Source: Candidatus Latescibacterota bacterium (GTDB lineage: Bacteria; Latescibacterota; UBA2968; UBA8231). Taken from it: a stretch of 64,000 nt of DNA. This document shows positions 10,294-18,693 of this stretch, piece by piece. Made by a program: the position numbers and the translations under genes. The stretch spans positions 1,440,001 to 1,504,000 of the forward strand of contig CBDFJF010000001.1 of assembly GCA_965248265.1 (NCBI GenBank). The letters are read 5' to 3'. The notes below the pieces were generated by a model. It made no database searches and had not been told where the DNA came from. It was given only the letters and a program-made list of their open reading frames with translations. Numbering within the stretch: position 1 is the first letter of the stretch; every line of letters starts with the position of its first letter.

Positions 10294-11724
10294 TTACGAT
10301 TCCCATGTCCGCTCCCACCGAGCGTAAATGCCACGCGCCTCTCCTCCCCTTGTATCAAGGCACAGCGCCAACCGATTGGTGCCGTGTCGGGATTCCAGGC
10401 GCAGCGACGTCGTGTCCTGCACCGCCGGAGAGCTGCCGGGGCCCTCAAAAACCTCGCTCCCATTCCACCACACCTTCACCGGACCGTCGTAGCCGAGGTG
10501 GACATCCACCAGGTCCCACGGCCCTACCTCGACATCCTTGACGAAGTAGATGAGCCCGTCACGGCCGCCAATGACGTTGCCGGCATCCAGAAAATTGTGA
10601 CCCGGCTTGTGTGGAGTACCGTCATCCGGGATGCGCACGGGGCGAAACTTCAGTGCCCCCGATCCGGGATCGGGCTGCGTTGCCTCCTCCAGGCCACGAG
10701 GGGCCTCTACCAGATCGCTGACCAGCATATCATCGATGAAATCGGCCCCGAAAAGGACATCGGCCACGTAGATGTCGGGTTTGATCCACTGATCCAGCTT
10801 CGGGTCTTCGTTGGCGATGGCGTTACTGTAGAAGCTGAGAGCGAAGCGATGATTGTTGTCCGGCCACCGGGCTACGCCCATGTAGGAGTTGTCGGGGTGG
10901 GGGCCTGAAGGCAGAACGCATATCAGGAAACACTCACCATCGATGACCCTGAAGACCCCCGTGTGTGCGGCATGGTCTTCTTCTTCGTGTATGCGGGGGT
11001 CGATCGGGTCCCAGCGGCCGGTGATGTAGACCTGGCCATCGACGGTCCAGCAGGCGGGGCCTGTCAGGCGCACATCCAACTGCTGCATGTCCCACGTCTC
11101 GAACGGGTACTGGCTGCGACACAGTTTGGGTTTCTTCAACCCGCTCTCGCACCGCATCAGCATGGTCGCCGTGCCGTCTGGCAGGATCTCGAGGTAGCAC
11201 TCGTTCGCCATGTCGTCTGGTGAATCGTTGAGAGGTCTGACATCGACCCAGTTGTGGCCGTCATCACTCTCGAACCAGTGCACGCCAAACTGCTCGTGGT
11301 CGTAGAAATATCCCGCACAATAGTGCTTACCCCGATGCCATTCAGGTCGCCACAACACATAGTTGTCGTAGGCCCCCTCATAAGGTTCAAAGGCCGTCCA
11401 GTGATCGCCGTCTTCCGTGACCGCGCAGCCCGACAGCCCTACGGCGTTGGCCTTGACCTCAACGTAGACGACGCCGTACAACCTGCTTCCATCCGTGTAG
11501 AGATGCGCGTCGCGCGTGTCGCCGTGACCGCGCAGCACCGCCACGGTATCCCAAGTGACGCCGGCATCGCGGCTGCGCTGGATGATGACGCGACTGGTGT
11601 TTTCGTGATGGTGGATATCGGCCTGACGATAGCCCACGTAAAGATCCCCCTTGAACCAGCACGCACCCGTGAATGCGTTGTGCTTGCGGTCGTTCGTTAT
11701 ACGACGGGTACTGAGGACTTTCAT
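10294..11724 (-). CDS. Asp-box beta-propeller, sialidase-like; copy B (tandem paralog)
   Basis: Same architecture as 8844..10268, colinear along its whole length; AAGGAG SD. Confidence 0.8.
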   Translation of the reverse strand: MKVLSTRRITNDRKHNAFTGACWFKGDLYVGYRQADIHHHENTSRVIIQRSRDAGVTWDTVAVLRGHGDTRDAHLYTDGSRLYGVVYVEVKANAVGLSGCAVTEDGDHWTAFEPYEGAYDNYVLWRPEWHRGKHYCAGYFYDHEQFGVHWFESDDGHNWVDVRPLNDSPDDMANECYLEILPDGTATMLMRCESGLKKPKLCRSQYPFETWDMQQLDVRLTGPACWTVDGQVYITGRWDPIDPRIHEEEDHAAHTGVFRVIDGECFLICVLPSGPHPDNSYMGVARWPDNNHRFALSFYSNAIANEDPKLDQWIKPDIYVADVLFGADFIDDMLVSDLVEAPRGLEEATQPDPGSGALKFRPVRIPDDGTPHKPGHNFLDAGNVIGGRDGLIYFVKDVEVGPWDLVDVHLGYDGPVKVWWNGSEVFEGPGSSPAVQDTTSLRLESRHGTNRLALCLDTRGGEARGIYARWERTWES

Positions 11725-11743
11725 CGCTCGCTCCTTGGATACC

Positions 11744-12460
11744 TCAATCGACTGGTCTGCGAAAGTAGCGCTCGACCTGCTCTCCCACCTCGTAGCCGAG
11801 AATCCGCCGCGCCTTATCCATCGGGTATTTCCCGTGTTCGAGATAGCTGTTGAGATTGAACCATTGGAAGTGATCCGGCAGATCTTCGACCTCCAACGCC
11901 AGGCGGCAGGCCGTGACGAGATCCTCCCACACCAGCGTGAACGGTGGGTGGGAACCTTCCTCCTGATGCTTCTGCGGCTTGGGGCCGAGCTCGTTGAACA
12001 GAAACCACACCGTGTCGATGCCGTACTCGCGCGCGTAGGCTCGTGAGATCTCCATCCCCAGAAATTTCGTCAGATTGTAATGTGCCGTCCCCGGCATCAG
12101 CGGCACGTCGTCCACCCGGAACTGGTGGTCGAACCAGAGACGCACCATTTGAGGACCGGTGTGCAGAACTCGCTTGATGCCGTGCTCCATCACGGAGCGA
12201 CTGATATTCTCGACGCCCCGGGTATTGACTTCCCAGCTGAGCACGGGATCGTTGCGAACCACACACAGATTGAGAACCGCATCCTGCCCCTGGCAAGCCC
12301 GGTGCACAGCATCGTAGTCGCAAATGTCGACGATGTCCGATTCGTGTCCATCAGGATGAGGGATGACGTCCGTCAACGTCAGCTCGTACTGCTGCGCCAA
12401 CCCGGGCGTGACGGAGGGCCCGATGTGACCGAGGGCTCCGAAGACGACGACGCGCTTCAC
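11744..12460 (-). CDS. NAD-dependent epimerase/dehydratase family (uronate dehydrogenase-like)
   Basis: GTG start overlaps the upstream stop (GTGA); GALGHIG Rossmann motif; YNLTK catalytic motif. Confidence 0.8.
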   Translation of the reverse strand: MKRVVVFGALGHIGPSVTPGLAQQYELTLTDVIPHPDGHESDIVDICDYDAVHRACQGQDAVLNLCVVRNDPVLSWEVNTRGVENISRSVMEHGIKRVLHTGPQMVRLWFDHQFRVDDVPLMPGTAHYNLTKFLGMEISRAYAREYGIDTVWFLFNELGPKPQKHQEEGSHPPFTLVWEDLVTACRLALEVEDLPDHFQWFNLNSYLEHGKYPMDKARRILGYEVGEQVERYFRRPVD

Positions 12461-13197
12461 TTCCCGCCCCCGCTTCCTGCCCACAATTTGGCGAACATGT
12501 GCTTGAACCCCTGCTGTATCTCAGGTTGGACAAGGAAGCGCGGGTTCGGCGGTTTGGCGCACACGTGATGAATCTGCCAGCGCCGGACCCAGTTGTGCAT
12601 ATCGGAGGAATCGCGCGCCAACGCCGTGCGTACCGCCCGCGCGGCGTCGCGAGGGTCGAGCCAGCTGTGGTCGAGAGCGTCTGAGCTGGCCTCGTCTTCG
12701 GCGACCAGGGTCCCCAGCCGCAGTGACGTGCCCGTGATCGCGTGGTCGCGCACGAACTCGCGGACCGTGAACTCGCCAAGGTAGCGCCACATCCTCTCGC
12801 CGGAGGGCGGCGGAAATGGCTCGTGATATTCCGTTATGTAGGTGTCCTCGGGGTAGACGTCGAACAGGTGGAGGGTACCACAGTAGATGAAGCGTTTGAC
12901 TCCGGCTTCGATGGCGGCCGCCATGAGGTCGTAGGTGCCGCGCGTGTACCAGTCGAGCTGGGCGGCATCGTCTGCCGGCGGGGTCAGCGGTAGCTCTCCG
13001 GTGTGTATGACAGCTTCGACGCCAGCCACCGCTGCTGGCAGGGTCTCGGACCGCAAGAGGTCGCCGATGATGGCACCAGTGCCGGGTGGCCCCTCGATCG
13101 GCTCTGTTTCCAGCAGATGCAGCTGGTGATCGGTCACCAGTTCGCGAGTGACGGCCCGGCCCAACACACTCTGCGCCGACACGATGAGAATCTTCAT
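12457..13197 (-). CDS. NAD-dependent epimerase family protein with degenerate motifs
   Basis: Extended-SDR fold (GDL, GVEAVIH, GTYDLMAAA...GVKRFIY), but VSAQSVLG replaces GxxGxxG and no YxxxK is present. Confidence 0.7.
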   Translation of the reverse strand: MKILIVSAQSVLGRAVTRELVTDHQLHLLETEPIEGPPGTGAIIGDLLRSETLPAAVAGVEAVIHTGELPLTPPADDAAQLDWYTRGTYDLMAAAIEAGVKRFIYCGTLHLFDVYPEDTYITEYHEPFPPPSGERMWRYLGEFTVREFVRDHAITGTSLRLGTLVAEDEASSDALDHSWLDPRDAARAVRTALARDSSDMHNWVRRWQIHHVCAKPPNPRFLVQPEIQQGFKHMFAKLWAGSGGGK

Positions 13198-13240
13198 GCT
13201 GCTGTGCCCTCTATGGAGTGTCCGCCCACGACTGCTTCGC

Positions 13241-14059
13241 TTACTGCACGTCCAGCAGGACGCGCATCTCCTCTGTCAGGCGCGCCGCAGTCTCAGCTCG
13301 CAGATAGGTCCTTTGATCTGTCTGTTGCGATAGTTCGCGGCGCACAAACGCCATGTGCATGACCCGTCTGGGTTTATCGCTGCGATTCAACGTGCCGCCG
13401 TGCCAGGTGTGCGCATTGAATACCACCACAGTACCTGCCCGGGCGGTCACCACCATCTCATCGGGATGCGGCTTCTCGGGATCCTGCTTCATCTCGGCCG
13501 GTGTTTTCTTGAACCGGTGTGATCCTGGAACCAGGCGCGTCGCACCGTTTTCCTCGGAAAGATCATCGAGCAACCACAGGGAGTTGGCGACGAAATACTC
13601 TCCGGTCTGAAACCGTTGTTGTTCTTGCCGGTTTGACGGTGCCCAATCCATGTGCAACGCCTGGAATCCCTGCCCGGGAAGGGGAAAACGACAGTTTAGC
13701 GAATGCACTTTGAAATCGGACGTCAGTACGTGCCGGATGGCTGCCAGAAGCCGGGGGTGGGTGTAGCAAAGATCGAACATGGGATCCTTGTTGATCAGAT
13801 CACTCAACCGTATTGAACCCGCCTCCTGACCCACTTCTTCGCCAGCATCCTCCCCTTCTGCCCTGATGATTTCCTCCACGCGATCTCTGAATGACGTCAC
13901 TTGAGCAGGTGTTATCATATCCGGTAAAGGGAGGTAGCCCTCTTCATCCAGAAACTGTTTCTCGTCGTCGGATAGTGTTTCGCCCCGTACACCCAGATCG
14001 TACAGGACGGGATCCATGTTCATCGCGATCGCCTTGTGGGACGGTGTCATCAACTGCAT
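13241..14059 (-). CDS. Phytanoyl-CoA dioxygenase (PhyH) family Fe(II)/2OG oxygenase
   Basis: FLDEEGYL, LHMD, NGATRLVPGSH, WHGG...N.S..PRR. Confidence 0.9.
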   Translation of the reverse strand: MQLMTPSHKAIAMNMDPVLYDLGVRGETLSDDEKQFLDEEGYLPLPDMITPAQVTSFRDRVEEIIRAEGEDAGEEVGQEAGSIRLSDLINKDPMFDLCYTHPRLLAAIRHVLTSDFKVHSLNCRFPLPGQGFQALHMDWAPSNRQEQQRFQTGEYFVANSLWLLDDLSEENGATRLVPGSHRFKKTPAEMKQDPEKPHPDEMVVTARAGTVVVFNAHTWHGGTLNRSDKPRRVMHMAFVRRELSQQTDQRTYLRAETAARLTEEMRVLLDVQ

Positions 14060-14098
14060 GAATGTTCGCCTTGCCGTAGGTGAAACGCAAGGTTATTG

Positions 14099-16675
14099 CT
14101 ATGACGCAGCCGTTTTCCGGAGGTACGCCGCGACGGTGCGGCCGGCCCGATGTCCATCCTGGTAGCACCAATGCGCGCCATGGAATCCGCCAATCTGCGC
14201 GCCTGCGACAAACCAACCTGGTTCGGACAGCTCGTTGCCACCCAGCCTCGTAGGAATCCGGCCCGATTGTGACACGGCCAGGCCAGCGGCCGTGATCAGT
14301 TCGATGTTGGGCACGAGTTCGCCGCTGATCACTACGCCGTCACAGTCGACGTGTTCCTGGCCGACCTGGAGCTCCGTGACGCGCAATTCATCCCGGATCG
14401 TGATGGCGTCGACCGCTGTACGCAAAACGGGCCGACCCCACCTGCCGAAATAAAACCGCACCAACAGTCCAGTTGCGGGACCAGACCTTTGATCGAACAT
14501 GAGCGCTTGGTGCGATCCCGCCGACCTCAACTTGGCCGCCGCCGAGAAAGCGATCAGATCCGAACCGATAATTGCGGGACGTTCCATCGGCATTGCCTGA
14601 CAACCGTCGAGCAGCTGCAGCAGCTGCATCGTGGAAAATTCGCGTGCTGGCCGATGACCAGCAATCCAACCCGCTTCGCTACGTGTTTTTTCGCGGGCAC
14701 CACACGCAAACACCACGGCGTCCGCCGCGACCTTTATCTTGCCGGTGTTCGGACCAACCAGTGTCAATGAATTCGTTATCTTGTCGACGTCGATGACCTG
14801 ACATTCGAGCCCGATGTCGGTGCTGGTACCATCGAGCTTGGCTCGCAGGATATCGACGAATTGGCTCCCGAATAAGATCCGCCCGCGAGACCACACGGCG
14901 AAGGTGGGAACACCGCCGCGTTTGACCTCGTATTTCGCCGGTACACCGCCAACCTCGGCTGCTCGGTCGATCAACAGCACTGGCGAGATGCCCGCCTTGG
15001 CCAGACCCACAGCCGCTCCGATGCCGGCCGGCCCCGCGCCCACGATCACGACACGGTAACGAGTTTTTATCGCAGCTTTTTGGGACCGTGCTGCTGGAGG
15101 AGGTCTTTCCTGTACGCCCTCACCCGCAACAATGAATTCCGAACCTGGTCCCCGCTTGGTGACATTTGCCAGCGGTATTCGAAAATGATGGCTGATCATC
15201 TCCGCGACCGGGATGCAACAATTGAATCCCTGGCAACGTCCCGTCAGCACGCGCGTTCGACGTTTGATTCCGTCGAGAGTCGCGGCTCCGCGGCACGAAT
15301 CGATGGCATCCTGAATTTCGCCACGCGAAATGTTTTCGCACGAGCAGACGATGCGTCCGTAGTCGGGGCGTTCGACGATTCGTTGCGGATCGTCGAACGG
15401 GCGACTCCACCAGCCGGGCCACTTGGTTTCGGGGCGACTGTCTGAAGCGGTTTCCTTCTTCCGTAACTCCAGGCCGCACTGTTCCTTCATCTGACGAACG
15501 ACGTACTGGGCGGTTGAAATCGAGGCGGTTAATCCGGTCGAGCGAATCCCCGCAAGCGTTACGATGCCACGATAGCCGTCGTTGAAACGAATCCAGTAGC
15601 TTCCTTGCGCGCAGTTGCAACGCAAACCCGCATACGTGGTGATCACTGGCTGGTCGGACAAGGCCGGGCACATCTGGACGCTACTTTCACGCACAGCGGA
15701 GAGCCCCTCGATCGTCGTGTTGGTGGCATGGACGTCTTCGGGTGGCAGGTCTTCAGCAGTTGGGCCAGCGAGCAAATTGCCAAAGATAGTCGGACTGACA
15801 AGCATTCCTTTTGTCGTTGCGGTCGGGATCGGCAGCAAGATTCGGTCCACGAGATGTGAGCTGTCGCGGTCGTAGATGACGAACTGACCGCGTCTCGGAT
15901 TCAGGTCCATCTGCTCGCCATCATAAACATCCACGAGCTTGCGGCTGCCAAGTCCGGAGGCATTGATCACGAATCGAGCTGGGATACGAATCCCCCCGTG
16001 TGTTCCTATGACAGACTTGATTCCCGCAGCCGGGCCATCGATCGTTGACACGTCCAGGCCAAAAACGATATCAACTCCGTTGCGCACCGCGACTTCGGCA
16101 TACGCAATGCTTGTCGTGAACGGATCCACGATGCTCTCACGCGGTACCACGAGACCACCGAGTACACAGGACGAAATATTCGGTTCCATCCGTTTCGCGA
16201 CTTGCGCGGAAACCAGCTCCACATCGTCGACTCCGTTGGCCAATGCTTTGTCTCGCAGCCCGGGCAGTTGCGCGAGCTGTTCTTCGTTGAGCGCAAGCAT
16301 CAGCGCCGAAACCTGTTTGAACGGTATCTTCAGTTTTTCTGCCAGCGTCGGCCATTGGCGAGATGCAGTGGTGACAAGCTGCGACTCGAGCGTTTCCGGT
16401 ATAGCGTCAAACCCGGTGTGAATGATGGCGCTGTTTCCCTTGCTGGTGCCTTCGCCCACATCGAAGGCCCTATCAATCATTACGATTCGCAGCCGGTACT
16501 GCGACAACTCATAGGCGAGTGCACAGCCGATTACACCGGCGCCGATAATCGCAACGTCGTATGGAGAATCGCTGGTGAACAAACTGGGGGACAATCGGTG
16601 CGTTGAATGACAACCAGGACCGGGCCAGTTGTACCAGATACTTCCAGGGGCGGACTCTGTTTCAGCGTGATTCAT
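14099..16675 (-). CDS. FAD-dependent glycerol-3-phosphate dehydrogenase-like protein with BFD-like [2Fe-2S] domain, fused to a pyridine-nucleotide oxidoreductase domain
   Basis: IIGAGVIG, TSKGNSAIIHTGFD, GIRSTGLTAS; CSCE...KRRTR...GRCQGFNC; second FAD motif IVGAGPAG and ACGARE; follows glpK. Start placed at ATG 16675, overlapping the glpK end. Confidence 0.8.
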   Translation of the reverse strand: MNHAETESAPGSIWYNWPGPGCHSTHRLSPSLFTSDSPYDVAIIGAGVIGCALAYELSQYRLRIVMIDRAFDVGEGTSKGNSAIIHTGFDAIPETLESQLVTTASRQWPTLAEKLKIPFKQVSALMLALNEEQLAQLPGLRDKALANGVDDVELVSAQVAKRMEPNISSCVLGGLVVPRESIVDPFTTSIAYAEVAVRNGVDIVFGLDVSTIDGPAAGIKSVIGTHGGIRIPARFVINASGLGSRKLVDVYDGEQMDLNPRRGQFVIYDRDSSHLVDRILLPIPTATTKGMLVSPTIFGNLLAGPTAEDLPPEDVHATNTTIEGLSAVRESSVQMCPALSDQPVITTYAGLRCNCAQGSYWIRFNDGYRGIVTLAGIRSTGLTASISTAQYVVRQMKEQCGLELRKKETASDSRPETKWPGWWSRPFDDPQRIVERPDYGRIVCSCENISRGEIQDAIDSCRGAATLDGIKRRTRVLTGRCQGFNCCIPVAEMISHHFRIPLANVTKRGPGSEFIVAGEGVQERPPPAARSQKAAIKTRYRVVIVGAGPAGIGAAVGLAKAGISPVLLIDRAAEVGGVPAKYEVKRGGVPTFAVWSRGRILFGSQFVDILRAKLDGTSTDIGLECQVIDVDKITNSLTLVGPNTGKIKVAADAVVFACGAREKTRSEAGWIAGHRPAREFSTMQLLQLLDGCQAMPMERPAIIGSDLIAFSAAAKLRSAGSHQALMFDQRSGPATGLLVRFYFGRWGRPVLRTAVDAITIRDELRVTELQVGQEHVDCDGVVISGELVPNIELITAAGLAVSQSGRIPTRLGGNELSEPGWFVAGAQIGGFHGAHWCYQDGHRAGRTVAAYLRKTAAS

Positions 16676-18197
16676 GATCGAAAAACAGACCTTCGTCCCC
16701 CATCTGGACAACCGCCGAGCAGAATCGTTTCCATCTTTCGAATGCGGCCGCGTAGGCGTTGGCGACGGTTGCATCAGGTTCGAATGAAACCCGCTCGCCC
16801 ATAGACTGCGGAAGCTGCTGGGGAGATTCCCAGAGTCCACAGCCTAAACCGGCCAGATATCCTGCACCTAAAGCCGTGCACTCCGACAAGCTGTTGCGCC
16901 TCAAGGATACATTTAGCAGAGCGGCTTGAATCTGCATGAGAAGATCGGATTGGGCCAATCCGCCATCCACATCGACGCACTCAGGACGTATGCCGGATTC
17001 CTCCATGGCATCGAATACCTCCCTGACGCGAAAGGCGATGGCCTCAAGTGCCGACCGAATCAAGTGGCGGCGATCCGTACCCTGGTCCATGCCCAACCAA
17101 CAGGCGCGGGCCCGGCTGGACCATCGTGGTGCGGCCAGGCCGCTGAGGGCTGGGATGAGCATGACCTGTGATGGCGGATCGATTTCCTGTGCCAACCTTG
17201 CTACCTCATCGACATCCGTTGCCAATCCAAGATCACACAACCAGTCCACGAGTGATCCTGCACTGTAGACGCCGCCATCGAACACGTAGGTTGTCTCACC
17301 GCCAATACTCCAACCAACACTGGTGAGCAGGCCAGACGCGCGAAGGGTGGAATCGGTACCGATGTTGGCCAGCAGAAAGCATCCTGTGCCGTAAGTGATT
17401 TTGGCTTGCCCGGTGTCCAGGGCTCGCTGCCCGAATAAGGCTGCCTGCTGGTCCACACAGATTCCAGTTATGGGAATCTCGGACCCGAACATCGCTTGTG
17501 TGGTGACCCCTATCCGTTCCGCATTCGGAACGACCCTGGGGAGGCAATCGATCGGTATGCCAAATGATTCGGCCAGGTGTGGGCTCCACTGCAGCGTCGC
17601 CAGCTCCAACAACATGGTGCGTGACGCCGTGGAAACATCAGTGATGAAATGCTCTCCGCCGGTCAGTTGCCAGAGTAGCCAGGCATCGCTGGTTCCGAGG
17701 CGCAATCGCCCGGCTTCCTGAAGTCTGTGTGCTTCGCCGACATTTTCCAGTATCCAGGCCAGTTTGGCCGCGGAAAAATACGGGTCCAAACGGAGGCCGG
17801 TGGTCGCGGATATGGTTTCTTCCATGCCGCTGGAGCGCCAGCGTTCCGTGAGATGCTCGGTACGCCGATCTTGCCAGGAAATAGCGGGGCAAATCGTACG
17901 CCCACTGGCGCCGTCGAAAGCGATGACGGTTTCCCCCTGATTGGCCAGGCCGATTCCCGCAATTTCGGTAAAGCCTATCCCGGCATTACGGACCGCTGCC
18001 GTTGCGCTTTGGCGAACCGTATCCAACATCCGATCCGGATCAAACTCCACCCAACCTGGCTGCGGGTAAGTTGCCTCGATGCCAAACAGCTCTGGCCAGG
18101 ACGTTCCTATGATGGCTCCATCCTGGTCGATCACGAGCGCTTTCGTGGACGTCGTGCCCTGATCAATAGCCAGAATGTATTTCGCGGTGGTGGCCAC
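16662..18197 (-). CDS. glpK: Glycerol kinase (FGGY family)
   Basis: AIDQGTTSTKA, PQPGWVE, SWQDRR, DPYFSAAK, TDVSTASRTML, DQQAALFGQ, KITYGTGCF. Confidence 0.85.
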   Translation of the reverse strand: MATTAKYILAIDQGTTSTKALVIDQDGAIIGTSWPELFGIEATYPQPGWVEFDPDRMLDTVRQSATAAVRNAGIGFTEIAGIGLANQGETVIAFDGASGRTICPAISWQDRRTEHLTERWRSSGMEETISATTGLRLDPYFSAAKLAWILENVGEAHRLQEAGRLRLGTSDAWLLWQLTGGEHFITDVSTASRTMLLELATLQWSPHLAESFGIPIDCLPRVVPNAERIGVTTQAMFGSEIPITGICVDQQAALFGQRALDTGQAKITYGTGCFLLANIGTDSTLRASGLLTSVGWSIGGETTYVFDGGVYSAGSLVDWLCDLGLATDVDEVARLAQEIDPPSQVMLIPALSGLAAPRWSSRARACWLGMDQGTDRRHLIRSALEAIAFRVREVFDAMEESGIRPECVDVDGGLAQSDLLMQIQAALLNVSLRRNSLSECTALGAGYLAGLGCGLWESPQQLPQSMGERVSFEPDATVANAYAAAFERWKRFCSAVVQMGDEGLFFDHESR

Positions 18198-18206
18198 CGT
18201 TACGCC

Positions 18207-18665
18207 CTACTGCCCCGTCGGTCCACCCATCCCGAACTTTTCCTGTAGCAGAGCGAGATCGCGTGCCAGAACCGCTCGCTCCAACGATGTGCGAATACGC
18301 GCGAGCAACTCTTCCTTGCTGAAGGGTTTCGTCACGTAGTCATCTCCACCCGCCTCGAACGCCTGTGTGATCGCCTGCAGATCGTGTCGCGCGGTCACGA
18401 AGATAACGGGCACGTCCTCCATCTCTTCTAGCGTTTTAAGCCGGCGGCAAGTCTCGTAACCATCGATGCCCGGCATCATCACGTCCAACAGAATGAGGTC
18501 GGGCTTTGCCGCCGAAACCACTTGCAACGCCTGCTCGCCTGTGGTGGCCACCGATATCCGGAATCCGGCGGTTTCCAACATCTCTACCAGCACGTCGAGA
18601 TTGGCCGGCGTATCGTCGACGACCAGAATCGTGCATCCTGTCAGATCGGGACTGGTTCTCGCCAT
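18207..18665 (-). CDS. Response regulator: receiver domain plus short helical tail
   Basis: VVDDTPAN, LLDVMMPGIDG, FVTA, DYVTKPF; AAAGGTG SD before ATG 18665. Confidence 0.9.
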   Translation of the reverse strand: MARTSPDLTGCTILVVDDTPANLDVLVEMLETAGFRISVATTGEQALQVVSAAKPDLILLDVMMPGIDGYETCRRLKTLEEMEDVPVIFVTARHDLQAITQAFEAGGDDYVTKPFSKEELLARIRTSLERAVLARDLALLQEKFGMGGPTGQ

Positions 18666-18693
18666 GGTTTCACCTTTCTCCGCAGACGGTTCA

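Larger units (their letters stand above)
8844..11724. repeat. Tandem gene duplication, unit about 1450 bp
   Basis: For example 9241-9570 aligns ungapped with 10691-11020, with mostly third-position differences. Confidence 0.9.

Noticed and set aside
8844-11724. Duplicated sequence as a diversity-generating retroelement TR/VR pair
   Set aside because: No reverse transcriptase; both copies are full genes; differences are mostly synonymous and not adenine-specific.
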